The notes: generated from the letters alone by a model not told the origin. 64,000 bases of DNA from an uncultured Bdellovibrionales bacterium (GCA_964387895.1 CAYLWX010000002.1:15779-79778); one strand, 5' to 3'. Shown: positions 44,695 through 53,868, counted from the stretch's first letter. Translations and numbers: made by a program.

Positions 44695-44940
44695 TTACGT
44701 ATGCAACACTTCGGTGGCATATTTTACAATGTCCCCGACCGTTTCTATTCTTATCAATTCATCGTACTGAAGTCTTCGATTAAATTTTTTCTCAAATGCC
44801 ATAATAAGAGAAAATACCTGTATAGAGTCTTTGCATAAGTCCTCAATTTTTGAATCCATGGTTATCTCTGCTCGGTTTATTTTTAATTGTTCGCGGAGTA
44901 TATCATACACCGCATTGGTTATTTTTTCCTGACTTTCCAT
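44695..44940 (-). CDS. acyl carrier protein-like
   Basis: 81 aa. LCKDSIQVFSLIMAFEKKF fits the ACP helix-II DSL phosphopantetheine-attachment motif. Confidence 0.6.
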   Translation of the reverse strand: MESQEKITNAVYDILREQLKINRAEITMDSKIEDLCKDSIQVFSLIMAFEKKFNRRLQYDELIRIETVGDIVKYATEVLHT

Positions 44941-44944
44941 ACTG

Positions 44945-45661
44945 TTATGTTATAAAAACCTGGGAAACTACATAGTTATTATTGAATATCAACCATTGTA
45001 TTTTTGACGCCATGTAAGTACCTTCTTGTTTTAAAGCAAATTTTCCCTTGTTATCCTTACTTATAACTAACGATCCCGGGTGAATGAGGAGCCCCTGTCC
45101 ACAAGCCTTAAGATATGATTCCTTGATGCTCCAAAAAAGAGTAGCCATAATATTTTTTTCATCTTTCGAATTATCAGACAAGTACCCCAATTCTTCATTC
45201 GTAAGAAAATCTTCCAATAATTTTTGGGTAAACGTCTGTATCTTCTCAATATCCACGCCCACGTATCCGCTTCTTTCTTTCCACGACACCGACGCGATTC
45301 CTATTCCGTCTGTATGAGCTATACTAAGATCAATTTTCCTGTTTATAGAATTAATCCTTTTACTAAGTCTTCTTCTTGTGCGGTATGAAGGTTTTCGAAA
45401 TTTTCCACTCTCAATTTCAATCTCATGAAGAGGGATGAAGACAAAACAACTGTTGTAAAAAAAATTACTGAGTGCGATCTTGGCTGCAACTCTTCCCGCT
45501 ATCCAATCATCTCTTTTCACCCGGTGCTTCCCCTGGTATTCTTCCCACTCTCTATCAGTAAGATACTCTCTTAGCGGCAGGCTTTGTAGCATTTTTTGGT
45601 CTGCAATCGCGATCATCTTAATTAGAATAACTGTTTTCCAAAGCCAGATTATCAATGGCAT
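44945..45661 (-). CDS. 4'-phosphopantetheinyl transferase (Sfp-type)
   Basis: GVDIEKIQ and FWSIKESYLKACGQG match the PPTase (V/I)G(I/V)D and (F/W)(S/C/T)xKE(S/A)xxK motifs. Confidence 0.7.
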   Translation of the reverse strand: MPLIIWLWKTVILIKMIAIADQKMLQSLPLREYLTDREWEEYQGKHRVKRDDWIAGRVAAKIALSNFFYNSCFVFIPLHEIEIESGKFRKPSYRTRRRLSKRINSINRKIDLSIAHTDGIGIASVSWKERSGYVGVDIEKIQTFTQKLLEDFLTNEELGYLSDNSKDEKNIMATLFWSIKESYLKACGQGLLIHPGSLVISKDNKGKFALKQEGTYMASKIQWLIFNNNYVVSQVFIT

Positions 45662-46265
45662 TTTTTACAACATCGATATTTTTAAATTCTTCACTATATT
45701 CATATACCGGACTGAAAATCAACTGGCGCTGAGGATTCCAGACAGCCAGCCAATTACTTCTTTGAAATCCGACCATTTTAACAAACACGATATTCTCTGC
45801 CACGTCAACAAAAAAGGTTACCCCCAGATGAAAATCAGACAAATCGTTACTAGCGCATATTTTCCCTTCCGGAAACAGCATAATAGTTTTTCTGTCTATT
45901 AAATATTGGCGAGTCCGAAAAAGATTAGCCATTTTATCCTTTTTAGTATTTCCAATATCATAACAGCCTAGAATCGAAAAAAATCTTAACTTAGTATAAT
46001 ATTCATGTGAAGTGGGGAATCGCACAGGCAGTACTTTTATGAAGGTGCAAAAAGGAAGACGAGCAAGAATTAAAAATGGGTCCAACACTGATTGATGATT
46101 GGAGATAATCAGAGATCCTTTTTTCAATTGTCCGATATTATCAGAAATGCTGTTAACTGATCTGAAAAAATAACGCAGGAAACGAGAAAACACAACATAC
46201 GCCATGATCTGAGTAAGGGTTATAGCGTAGTCAACTGCTTTTCGCGAAAATATGTTGCTTTGCAT
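45618..46265 (-). CDS. PlsC-family lysophospholipid acyltransferase-like protein
   Basis: IISNHQSVLDPF (HxxxxD acyltransferase motif) and FPEG motif. Start set at MQSNIF. The track ORF extends to 46337. Confidence 0.65.
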   Translation of the reverse strand: MQSNIFSRKAVDYAITLTQIMAYVVFSRFLRYFFRSVNSISDNIGQLKKGSLIISNHQSVLDPFLILARLPFCTFIKVLPVRFPTSHEYYTKLRFFSILGCYDIGNTKKDKMANLFRTRQYLIDRKTIMLFPEGKICASNDLSDFHLGVTFFVDVAENIVFVKMVGFQRSNWLAVWNPQRQLIFSPVYEYSEEFKNIDVVKNAIDNLALENSYSN

Positions 46266-46477
46266 GATTTTTAGATAACCCCCATGAGATACATAATCGA
46301 AAATCAACCAGCAACCAGCTTTTTGCTCATTTCTCAACTCGCCTAATAGTAAATAATGGTGTTTGAAGCAATCATACCAAACTCGTAATGATAATGCAAA
46401 ATGCCGGAGTCAATTTTCTGGATTGCTCGCGCGCGGTATCGGTGCTATAATCCCAAAAAGCTGCAGCATCCTTATTT

Positions 46478-47536
46478 ATGGAAACCATTAGAGATTATAT
46501 CGTAGAAATACTCCAGGACGGACATCTGGCCCCTTCAGCGGATAATGCCCAGCCGTGGTTTTTTAATATTGAAGGCGACTCTATAGTGGTTACCCATGAC
46601 GTTGAAGCCACTCACGCCAACCATCTCTACAATCTTGATTATTTCGCGGATTACATAAGCTTAGGATGTGTAGTGGAAAATATTTTTATTAGCGCAAAAC
46701 GATACGGATATACCGCCGGCATTGTATCAACCGATCATAGCAACGGCCGATTTTCTATTCGAATTAAACTAGATAAAACACACGCTCCGTCAACTCTCCC
46801 TTTGTATGAAGCTATCAAAGAAAGAAAGACTGATCGCAACGCCTATCTCCAGAAGAAAATTCCCGGGCGTATTAGCAGGGAGTTATGTGCTATCACCTCA
46901 ACGCGGGGAGCTACTCTTCATTGGATAGAAAACGATTCCTTGCTTTCCTCGTTCGCTGACACAATAGCTCTGCATGACGCCATTTTATGGGAAGACGAAG
47001 CGGTAAGAATAAATCTTCTCCGAATGATCCGATTGGATAATAAGAAGTGCGAAGATGGATTGCCTATAAAAAGCCTCGGCTTGGGAATAAAGAGACATCT
47101 TTTTTATCCTTCCATAAAAATAGCCGGACATCTCCCTCTTTTTTGGAAAGTGCTGAAGTACAGCTCAATAGACCACACCAGAAAAAATACAAAAAAATCC
47201 GCCGCCCTGGGTATTCTTACTATGCCTAAAGAACATAGCCCACTTACCTACCTGGAAGGCGGAAGAATAATGCAATCTCTCTGGATTAATCTGACAATGA
47301 ATAAAATATCCTTCCAGCCTCTTTTCGGATCAGTAGCGTTAATACTGAACAGTAAACTTGGCACGGAAGGATTGTCAGAAAAACACAAGAAAATAAGAGA
47401 TACTATTTCAAATTTTTTCTATAGCCAAATTCCAGAACTTCAAACCGCTACTCCCATCGCGATTTTCCGCGTGGGATATGCCAGCAAACCTGCAGTAAGA
47501 TCGGGGAGAAAAAAATTAGACGCGGTAGTGCGGTAA
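46478..47536 (+). CDS. two-domain nitroreductase-family protein
   Basis: PSADNAQPWFF N-terminal nitroreductase motif. ~350 aa, consistent with tandem nitroreductase folds (SagB/Acg-like architecture). Confidence 0.5.
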   Translation: METIRDYIVEILQDGHLAPSADNAQPWFFNIEGDSIVVTHDVEATHANHLYNLDYFADYISLGCVVENIFISAKRYGYTAGIVSTDHSNGRFSIRIKLDKTHAPSTLPLYEAIKERKTDRNAYLQKKIPGRISRELCAITSTRGATLHWIENDSLLSSFADTIALHDAILWEDEAVRINLLRMIRLDNKKCEDGLPIKSLGLGIKRHLFYPSIKIAGHLPLFWKVLKYSSIDHTRKNTKKSAALGILTMPKEHSPLTYLEGGRIMQSLWINLTMNKISFQPLFGSVALILNSKLGTEGLSEKHKKIRDTISNFFYSQIPELQTATPIAIFRVGYASKPAVRSGRKKLDAVVR

Positions 47537-47559
47537 GCTTTAAAATTACTTTTCAGATT

Positions 47560-48828
47560 TCATCTTTCAATTTCCTCCCTCATTCTCTCCTCCAGCATCT
47601 GATAACTTTCTTCGGCTTTAAATAAGCCGTATTTTTCCCAAATATTTCCTTCTTCGTGAAATTTATTAGCATATATTTTATACAGCGGACGATATTTCGG
47701 CGGGGTGAGATTAAACATCAAAGAATTCGCGCCGGCCGTAAGCGCTTGTTTTCTAATGTCTTTTCCTGCTAATGTTTCCAACGCCGTTACCACCGGAATG
47801 CGGCCGGTTTTCATCATGAGACGCAACACCGCGATCATATTGAGAATTAATTGTACGTCTCCGACCGGCTGACCTTCCATAGGAGTATTATTCCCCGGCA
47901 CAAACGGACCAAAGCTGGCCATATGGGCCAGTTTTTTAATCAGCAGTACATCATCGGCAATATCTTCGATCGTCTGTCCGGGAAATCCTACAATGGATCC
48001 GGTCGCAATAAAGTAGCCGATACTTTTTAAATATCCCAAAGTTTCCAACCGGTTTTTCAAATTTTTTCCATGCGTATGAAATTTTTTGAAAAGTTCCAGG
48101 TTGGAAGTTTCAAAACGAAACAGTACTCCCGACGCGCCCGCTTCTTTCATTTTTTTGTACGCCTCTTTGCTTCGCTCTCCGACACTCATAAAAATAAACG
48201 CTTTGGCGCGATTTTTGATGCCTGTGATAATTTGAAGCAACATCTCGTCAGTATAAAACAAGTCTTCCCCCGACTGGAGCACGAAAAGCTTATATCCTTT
48301 TTCATCTACTGCCTGTACGGCCGTCTCTATAATTTCCGCAACACTCATACGGTAACGTTCTATGGCAGCATTTTGCGCCCGCAGTCCGCAATAAGCACAA
48401 TCATTTTTGCAATAATTGGAAAACTCTATAATGCCGTGAATACAAATAAAATCTTTAAGATAGGTTTTACGCAAAACATCCGCCTCGGCAAAAAGCGCTT
48501 CTCTTTCATCCCCTTCCGCCCTGAGAAGATATATAATTTCTTCTTTGGTTAAATCTCTTTCTTTTGACGCGGTGATTATATCTTTAAATTCTTGCGATAG
48601 CTTTTCCTTGTCCGCCAAAGGATGAAAATTCTCCAACAAACTGATAATTTCCTTCGCGTCAATTTCTGAAATTTTCCGGACCGCGGTATTGGAAGTATAC
48701 AGCAACCAGTCCCCGACTTTAAGATCGGGAATATAAGAAGCCAGAACTTTTCGACTTGAATTCGAGTCGTTAATAATGGCAAAATTGCCTTCCAGTTTAG
48801 TTACTTTGGCGGGGATGGTGAGACACAT
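47560..48828 (-). CDS. hydE: HypC-domain / HydE radical-SAM fusion protein
   Basis: N-terminal MCLTIPAKVTKLEGNFAIIN...VGDWLLY aligns to HypC/HybG (MC(I/L)xxP...GN.A.V...VGxWVL). The rest matches HydE: IIEFSNYCKNDCAYCGLRAQNAAIERYRM, FVLQSGED, GSIVGFPGQTIEDIADD. Confidence 0.7.
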   Translation of the reverse strand: MCLTIPAKVTKLEGNFAIINDSNSSRKVLASYIPDLKVGDWLLYTSNTAVRKISEIDAKEIISLLENFHPLADKEKLSQEFKDIITASKERDLTKEEIIYLLRAEGDEREALFAEADVLRKTYLKDFICIHGIIEFSNYCKNDCAYCGLRAQNAAIERYRMSVAEIIETAVQAVDEKGYKLFVLQSGEDLFYTDEMLLQIITGIKNRAKAFIFMSVGERSKEAYKKMKEAGASGVLFRFETSNLELFKKFHTHGKNLKNRLETLGYLKSIGYFIATGSIVGFPGQTIEDIADDVLLIKKLAHMASFGPFVPGNNTPMEGQPVGDVQLILNMIAVLRLMMKTGRIPVVTALETLAGKDIRKQALTAGANSLMFNLTPPKYRPLYKIYANKFHEEGNIWEKYGLFKAEESYQMLEERMREEIER

Positions 48829-49019
48829 GATAAAAACTTTAACTCGATAATAACAGATGAATGATCGCTAAATTTGTTTTTCTAGGTTCATGCAAATAAT
48901 ACAATGTTGTCAAAAGCAAAGCAATGGTCACTTTTTAGTATAGAGCCTAATAAATTTGACATAAAAAACGAGTGAGATAAAATTAGATTTAGTTATCAAG
49001 ACTATATTTGTAATAAAAA

Positions 49020-49316
49020 ATGAAATCATTCCAACTCCATAGTTATCAAATAACAAGAGAAGAAAAAGTCATAAAATATTTTGGACTATTCACAAGTCTC
49101 CTGCTTCTCACTCCATTTGGAGGATTTGCTATCATGATCTTTCCGTTAAGCTTTATTTTTCTTATTCCTGCTTTTTCCATTCCTCTCAGTAAATTCGTTA
49201 TAAAAAATAAATCCACAAGGAACATAATTATAGCAATAGACATTGCTATAATAGCAATCGCTTTATACGTTGACATTTACTTCATCGCAACTGGAGGAAA
49301 TATAATTGGATTGTAA
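49020..49316 (+). CDS. hypothetical small membrane protein
   Basis: 98 aa, 3 TM helices, followed by a strong terminator. Confidence 0.4.
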   Translation: MKSFQLHSYQITREEKVIKYFGLFTSLLLLTPFGGFAIMIFPLSFIFLIPAFSIPLSKFVIKNKSTRNIIIAIDIAIIAIALYVDIYFIATGGNIIGL

Positions 49317-49357
49317 TATTTCGATCGGTATATGCAGTTTATTCATAAAATAAATTA

Positions 49358-49388
49358 GCAGGGCTTTTTAATAGCCCTGCTTTTTTCC
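49358..49388 (+). terminator. rho-independent terminator
   Basis: gcagggc-tttttaata-gccctgc followed by TTTTTT. Confidence 0.7.
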
Positions 49389-49689
49389 GATGATGCAACA
49401 TTTTTAACAAATCCAAACACTAGCAACGAGCTAATAAACAAGGTTACCAGCTTCAAAAAAACATTTTTCATCTTCACTTCTCCTTCTGAATTGAAGTTTG
49501 TGGTACACGCAAAAATTAACAACCACATGTCTTCCCACCACCATTGTCATGCGTATTTATTTTCCCTCCTCTCTAAATGTTTTATTGTTAAACAGCTATA
49601 ACGCGAGCATCCGCACACAAAGATTAGCATGCTGTCTAATTGCTGTCAAAATTTCATGCGGAATTATATTTGTAAAAAGCCGTTATTTT

Positions 49690-50553
49690 TTACGCTTTTC
49701 CCTCGCTCCCGAACGCTCTTATCTTTTCTTTCACCACTTCCTTCACCGCCTCGCGGGAAGAACCTAAGAGTTTACGAAGATCGAATGTTATATCTCTTTT
49801 TTCCCGCACGGAACGGATAAGATTATTCAAAAAAGCGAGACGGATCGCCGTGTCAATATTGAAGCATGATATTCCGCGTTTTACTACTTCAGCAACTCTG
49901 CCTTCTTCCCAATCGGAAGCCCCGTGAAGAATAAGGGGGATATTCAAGGCCTCCCTGATTTTTTCCAGACGCTCATAATCCGGTGTTTTTCTTTCCTGAA
50001 AAAATCCGTGCGCGTTGCCAATAGCAACCGCCAGCGTATCTACATTGGTTTCACTTATAAATCGCTTCGCTTGCACAGGATCAGTCATAAAATCATCCCA
50101 CTTAAACTGACTCATGTCTCCTTCTCCCAGATACGGCACTCTTCCCAATTCCGCCTGCACATCTACTCCTCTCTCATGGCAAAAATCAGCTACTTTTTTT
50201 GTTACCAAAAGATTATCCGGAAATTCCTTGTCAGAACCGTCATACATAATCGAAGTAAAGCCAATATCTACCGCCCGCTGAATGATTTCAAAACTATGTC
50301 CGTGGTCGAGATGAATACCGACCGGAATATCCGGCGCGTAAAATTCCGCGTCGTTTTTTACAAGATGAAACATACCTCTTCCGCCGCCGTATTCCATTGT
50401 TTTTTCCGTGATTTGCACAATTACCGGAGAATGCATTTCACAGGCGCCCTCAATGATGGCGCGGGTCATCTCCAGATTCATCGTATTGAAAGCTCCGACA
50501 GCATAACCGCCTTCTTTGGCTTTGGTAAGAATTTCTTTGACACTGGTTATCAT
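49690..50553 (-). CDS. fba: class II fructose-bisphosphate aldolase
   Basis: GGYAVGAFNTMNLE, HLDHG and HGASD motifs. Confidence 0.85.
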   Translation of the reverse strand: MITSVKEILTKAKEGGYAVGAFNTMNLEMTRAIIEGACEMHSPVIVQITEKTMEYGGGRGMFHLVKNDAEFYAPDIPVGIHLDHGHSFEIIQRAVDIGFTSIMYDGSDKEFPDNLLVTKKVADFCHERGVDVQAELGRVPYLGEGDMSQFKWDDFMTDPVQAKRFISETNVDTLAVAIGNAHGFFQERKTPDYERLEKIREALNIPLILHGASDWEEGRVAEVVKRGISCFNIDTAIRLAFLNNLIRSVREKRDITFDLRKLLGSSREAVKEVVKEKIRAFGSEGKA

Positions 50554-50578
50554 AGTTATAAATTTAAGTAAATTTTCT

Positions 50579-51340
50579 CTACTCTAATAACTCTGCCATT
50601 TTTATAAACTCTCCGGGGTTTAATGATTCCCTTCCCACCAACACTCCGCTCATTCCAGGATCAATACAGACTTGCGGCAGGGTTTTTGCGTTGACGGATC
50701 CGCCGTAGATAATGGGAGAAACATCCGCGTATTGATTGCCGAATAATCCGACGAGAATTTTTTTAATTAAAAGCTTTGCGCCCAGCACCTCATCTGAAGA
50801 AGGAATCGCATCTGTTCCCACAGCCCATACCGGTTCATAGGCAATGATGAAATCTTTGGCTTTCACGCGCGAGACGTTTTCCAGTGCTCCCCGCACCTGG
50901 CGAGTAATTATTTGCAACGTCCCATGAGCGTTTTTTTCTTCTTTTGTTTCTCCGACGCAAATGACTGGTTTCAGACCGTTGCGAAGCGCGGAAAGCACTT
51001 TCAAATTTATTTCATGATCGCTTTCGGAAAAATACCTTCTCCTCTCGCTGTGTCCCACAATCACGTATTCACATCCAAGATTCTTAAGCATCAAAGGAGA
51101 AATTTCTCCTGTGTACGGACCGTGTATTTCCGGAAACATATCCTGCGCTCCCAGCATTATTCTTTTTCCTGCCGATTTTCGAAATGTTTCCAAATGCACG
51201 AATGGAGGACAAAGCACCAACGTCACGTTTCCAAACCTCTTTGTTTTCAACTCCTTTTTCAGCCCAGCCAAATAGCGCTCTCGCTCAAGGAGAGAGACGA
51301 GGTTCATTTTGAGATTGCCTATGAGTAGTTTGAGAGACAT
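50579..51340 (-). CDS. tpiA: triosephosphate isomerase
   Basis: LIGNLKMN (GNWKMN), AYEPVWAIGTG and GGSV motifs. Confidence 0.85.
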   Translation of the reverse strand: MSLKLLIGNLKMNLVSLLERERYLAGLKKELKTKRFGNVTLVLCPPFVHLETFRKSAGKRIMLGAQDMFPEIHGPYTGEISPLMLKNLGCEYVIVGHSERRRYFSESDHEINLKVLSALRNGLKPVICVGETKEEKNAHGTLQIITRQVRGALENVSRVKAKDFIIAYEPVWAVGTDAIPSSDEVLGAKLLIKKILVGLFGNQYADVSPIIYGGSVNAKTLPQVCIDPGMSGVLVGRESLNPGEFIKMAELLE

Positions 51341-51364
51341 ACTTTTGTAGTTTCTATTTTAGTA

Positions 51365-51497
51365 AAATCCTAAGCACGAAATCCTAAATCCTAAACAAAT
51401 TCAAATCACCAAAATACAGAAACTCAAAACGTTTTGAATTTAAACTATTTGTATTTTGAATTTGTTTAGTATTTAGATATTCGGATTTAGGATTTTA
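51365..51497. repeat. family-B dyad element (AAATCCT inverted arrays, AAAACGTTTT centre)
   Basis: aaatcctaagcacgaaatcctaaatcctaaacaaattcaaat ... atttgaatttgtttagtatttagatattcggatttaggattt. Immediately 5' of tpiA. Confidence 0.7.
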
Positions 51498-51504
51498 AAG
51501 AAAA

Positions 51505-51993
51505 TCAGGTCTTGGAAAACCATATAGTAATAATCAGCACTATCGCCCCTGAAGCCATCGTCCCCGACAACAATAACGGCACCGATCGTTTCAACGGAAC
51601 TCCAAATACAAACGCGGCGAGAGCTCCGGTCATGCCTCCTACCAACGGAATAGGAGTAGCCGCGAGTATGAAAATGGCCCACTGGCCGTATTTTTCCATT
51701 TTTTTATCCGCTCTTTTTCTGGTGTGCTCAAATATCCATTGGAAAAGTTTTTCAAAGAGAGTAATGTATCGGGACAAAAATTTTACAACCGGATCAAGCA
51801 CGATAACAATCAGCAGCATGGCAAAAAATGTTCCCGACACCGACCATAGCCACGCCGAAAAAGCTGAAAGTCCGTACACTTTATACGCCAACGGCAACGC
51901 TGCCCGAAGTTCAGTGACGGGAATAAGGGCAATGAGAAAAGTCGCGAGTTCTTTAGGAAAACTGGAAAACCAGTTGATTATAATTTCAGACAT
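51505..51993 (-). CDS. small integral membrane protein (putative small multidrug-export family)
   Basis: 162 aa, 4 TM helices, IPVTELRAALPLAY motif. Confidence 0.45.
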   Translation of the reverse strand: MSEIIINWFSSFPKELATFLIALIPVTELRAALPLAYKVYGLSAFSAWLWSVSGTFFAMLLIVIVLDPVVKFLSRYITLFEKLFQWIFEHTRKRADKKMEKYGQWAIFILAATPIPLVGGMTGALAAFVFGVPLKRSVPLLLSGTMASGAIVLIITIWFSKT

Positions 51994-52021
51994 AACTAAA
52001 TGAAACTAAAACAAAGAAGGA

Positions 52022-53098
52022 TTATTTTTGTTCCCTTAAATATTCCGCCGCCTTTTCCGGCTGTATTGTCGAAATTTCTATTCCGGTAGAAAGTTCGAAT
52101 CCGGCCCAGACGGAAGTGCGGGGAAGAATTTCTATGTGGTAGTGAAAATGAGGGTAATCCCTGCCGTCGCAAGGAGAAGTGTGGAGATAAAAATTGTAAG
52201 ACGGATCATTCAACGAGGTATATACTTTATTGAGCGCGACGCGGAGCGCTTCGCCTAATGCTAGTTTTTCTTCATTGGAAATACGTTCGAAGTAAGGTTT
52301 ATGTTTTTTGGGCAGGATCCATATTTCAAATGAAGCACGCGAGGAATAAGGGCAGAACGCAAAAAAGGAATCATTTTCAAACACCATTCTTCTTTTATGC
52401 TCGCTTTCCCAATCGATTATCGCGCAGTAAACACACTGTTTGTTTGCTTTATAGTAAAGTTCCGCGCCGTTAAGTTCTGACTTAATATAAGGAGAGATTA
52501 CCGGTACCGCCATCAATTGGGAATGAGGATGCGCGATGGACGCGCCGGCTTCCTTTCCATGATTATGAAAAATTTCAATATAATTAACGCTCTTTTTATT
52601 CATAAGATCAATATAGCGGCTCTGGTACGCGTCAATTATTTCCGCCGCTGCCAGGGGATCCATTAAAGCTATATGTTTTTCATGGTCGCGCGACACTACC
52701 AGTTCATGGTATCCCGTCCCGTCCATGCCGAAATAAGGTCCCTCTTCGAAATGCCGCATCGCCTTTCCTCTCGTGAATGCCGGATATTTATTAGGAAACA
52801 CTCTCAAACTCCATTCTCCTTCCGAAGTTTTATAGAGCAACACGTCTTTTTCCTGTCCGGTTTCTTCCGGAGAACAAAAAAAGCAAAGCTTGCCACTTTC
52901 CTCCTTGATGGTTTCCCTTCGCAAGGACGCAAACTCCTCGGGCCTTTTTGCTCGTCCCGTGGCAATTACGACCCAGTCTCCCGTTACCAGGTCCTGGCGT
53001 AATTCGGATAATTTTTTTTGTTCACTATGGGAATATTCCCCATCAGGAGGCGTCAAAGAATGATGCTGCCCCGCGCGAATTTTGGGTGTAGGCGACAT
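52022..53098 (-). CDS. galT: galactose-1-phosphate uridylyltransferase family (HIT-like) enzyme
   Basis: CFFCSPEE (CxxC Zn site) and HPHSQLMAV (HxHxQ active site). Confidence 0.7.
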   Translation of the reverse strand: MSPTPKIRAGQHHSLTPPDGEYSHSEQKKLSELRQDLVTGDWVVIATGRAKRPEEFASLRRETIKEESGKLCFFCSPEETGQEKDVLLYKTSEGEWSLRVFPNKYPAFTRGKAMRHFEEGPYFGMDGTGYHELVVSRDHEKHIALMDPLAAAEIIDAYQSRYIDLMNKKSVNYIEIFHNHGKEAGASIAHPHSQLMAVPVISPYIKSELNGAELYYKANKQCVYCAIIDWESEHKRRMVFENDSFFAFCPYSSRASFEIWILPKKHKPYFERISNEEKLALGEALRVALNKVYTSLNDPSYNFYLHTSPCDGRDYPHFHYHIEILPRTSVWAGFELSTGIEISTIQPEKAAEYLREQK

Positions 53099-53109
53099 TG
53101 AACGCTGCG

Positions 53110-53868
53110 TTATTTTTGTATTAGTTTAAGTTGGTATTTACCCGCCCAAAGCCGTAATCTGGTTTTAAAGAGATCTATAATCACCTGAATAAATCCATTG
53201 GGTCCGGTAAGGGTCACCGTGGAACCTTCTTCGTTCATCCATCGTACCGGCATTTGTTTGATTTTAAATCCGGCTTTTTTGGCAAGAATAATGAGCTCAA
53301 AATCAAATCCGAATCTGTCCACTACCATCCGGCTGGCCACATCCTCTGCCGCTTTAGCGGTAAGCATCTTAAATCCGCATTGCGTATCGGGATACGTCCA
53401 CAGACCCAGAACGATACGAATAAGCCAATTCCCCATATCGCCCATCACTTCTCTATAACGCGGCTGATGTACCTGGATATAGGCGCCTTTCACGTCGCGG
53501 GAACCGATTACCACGTCGTACCCTTTTTCGAACTCTGGAAGAAACGAGTCCAGATGAGTGATAGATGTCGATCCGTCCGCGTCAAGAAACACCCGCAACT
53601 CTCCCTTGGCCTCCAGAAGCCCCTGACGAACGACATATCCTTTCCCGTGATTTTCAGGATTGGCAATCACTCGCAAGTTCTTCATCCTGCTGGCATGCGC
53701 TTTCGCCACTTCGGCAGTATCATCAGGAGAACCGTCAGTAATAACAATCACCTCGTAAGAATAATTTTTGGAATTCAAGTATTGCTCAATTTCCGAAAGA
53801 TTGTTCTTTATTCGCTTACTTTCTTTGTACGCGGGAATAATCACCGACAAATAGGGACTCTTTTCCAT
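53110..53868 (-). CDS. family 2 glycosyltransferase (polyprenol-phosphate sugar synthase-like)
   Basis: LSVIIPAYKESKRI...VIVITDGSPDDT...DADG. GT2 DxD architecture. Confidence 0.75.
   Translation of the reverse strand: MEKSPYLSVIIPAYKESKRIKNNLSEIEQYLNSKNYSYEVIVITDGSPDDTAEVAKAHASRMKNLRVIANPENHGKGYVVRQGLLEAKGELRVFLDADGSTSITHLDSFLPEFEKGYDVVIGSRDVKGAYIQVHQPRYREVMGDMGNWLIRIVLGLWTYPDTQCGFKMLTAKAAEDVASRMVVDRFGFDFELIILAKKAGFKIKQMPVRWMNEEGSTVTLTGPNGFIQVIIDLFKTRLRLWAGKYQLKLIQK

Noticed and set aside
49498-49820. Plus-strand ORFs 49498-49767 and 49629-49820 upstream of fba
   Set aside because: Low-complexity translations. They overlap the fba 3' region and terminator-proximal sequence, with no SD or motif.
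314-51497. Could the 7-bp tandem arrays (families A/B/C) or the D/E repeats be CRISPR arrays?
   Set aside because: The units are 7 bp, contiguous and arranged as inverted arrays, with no unique spacers. D/E are palindromic single elements rather than direct repeats. No cas genes are present in the window.
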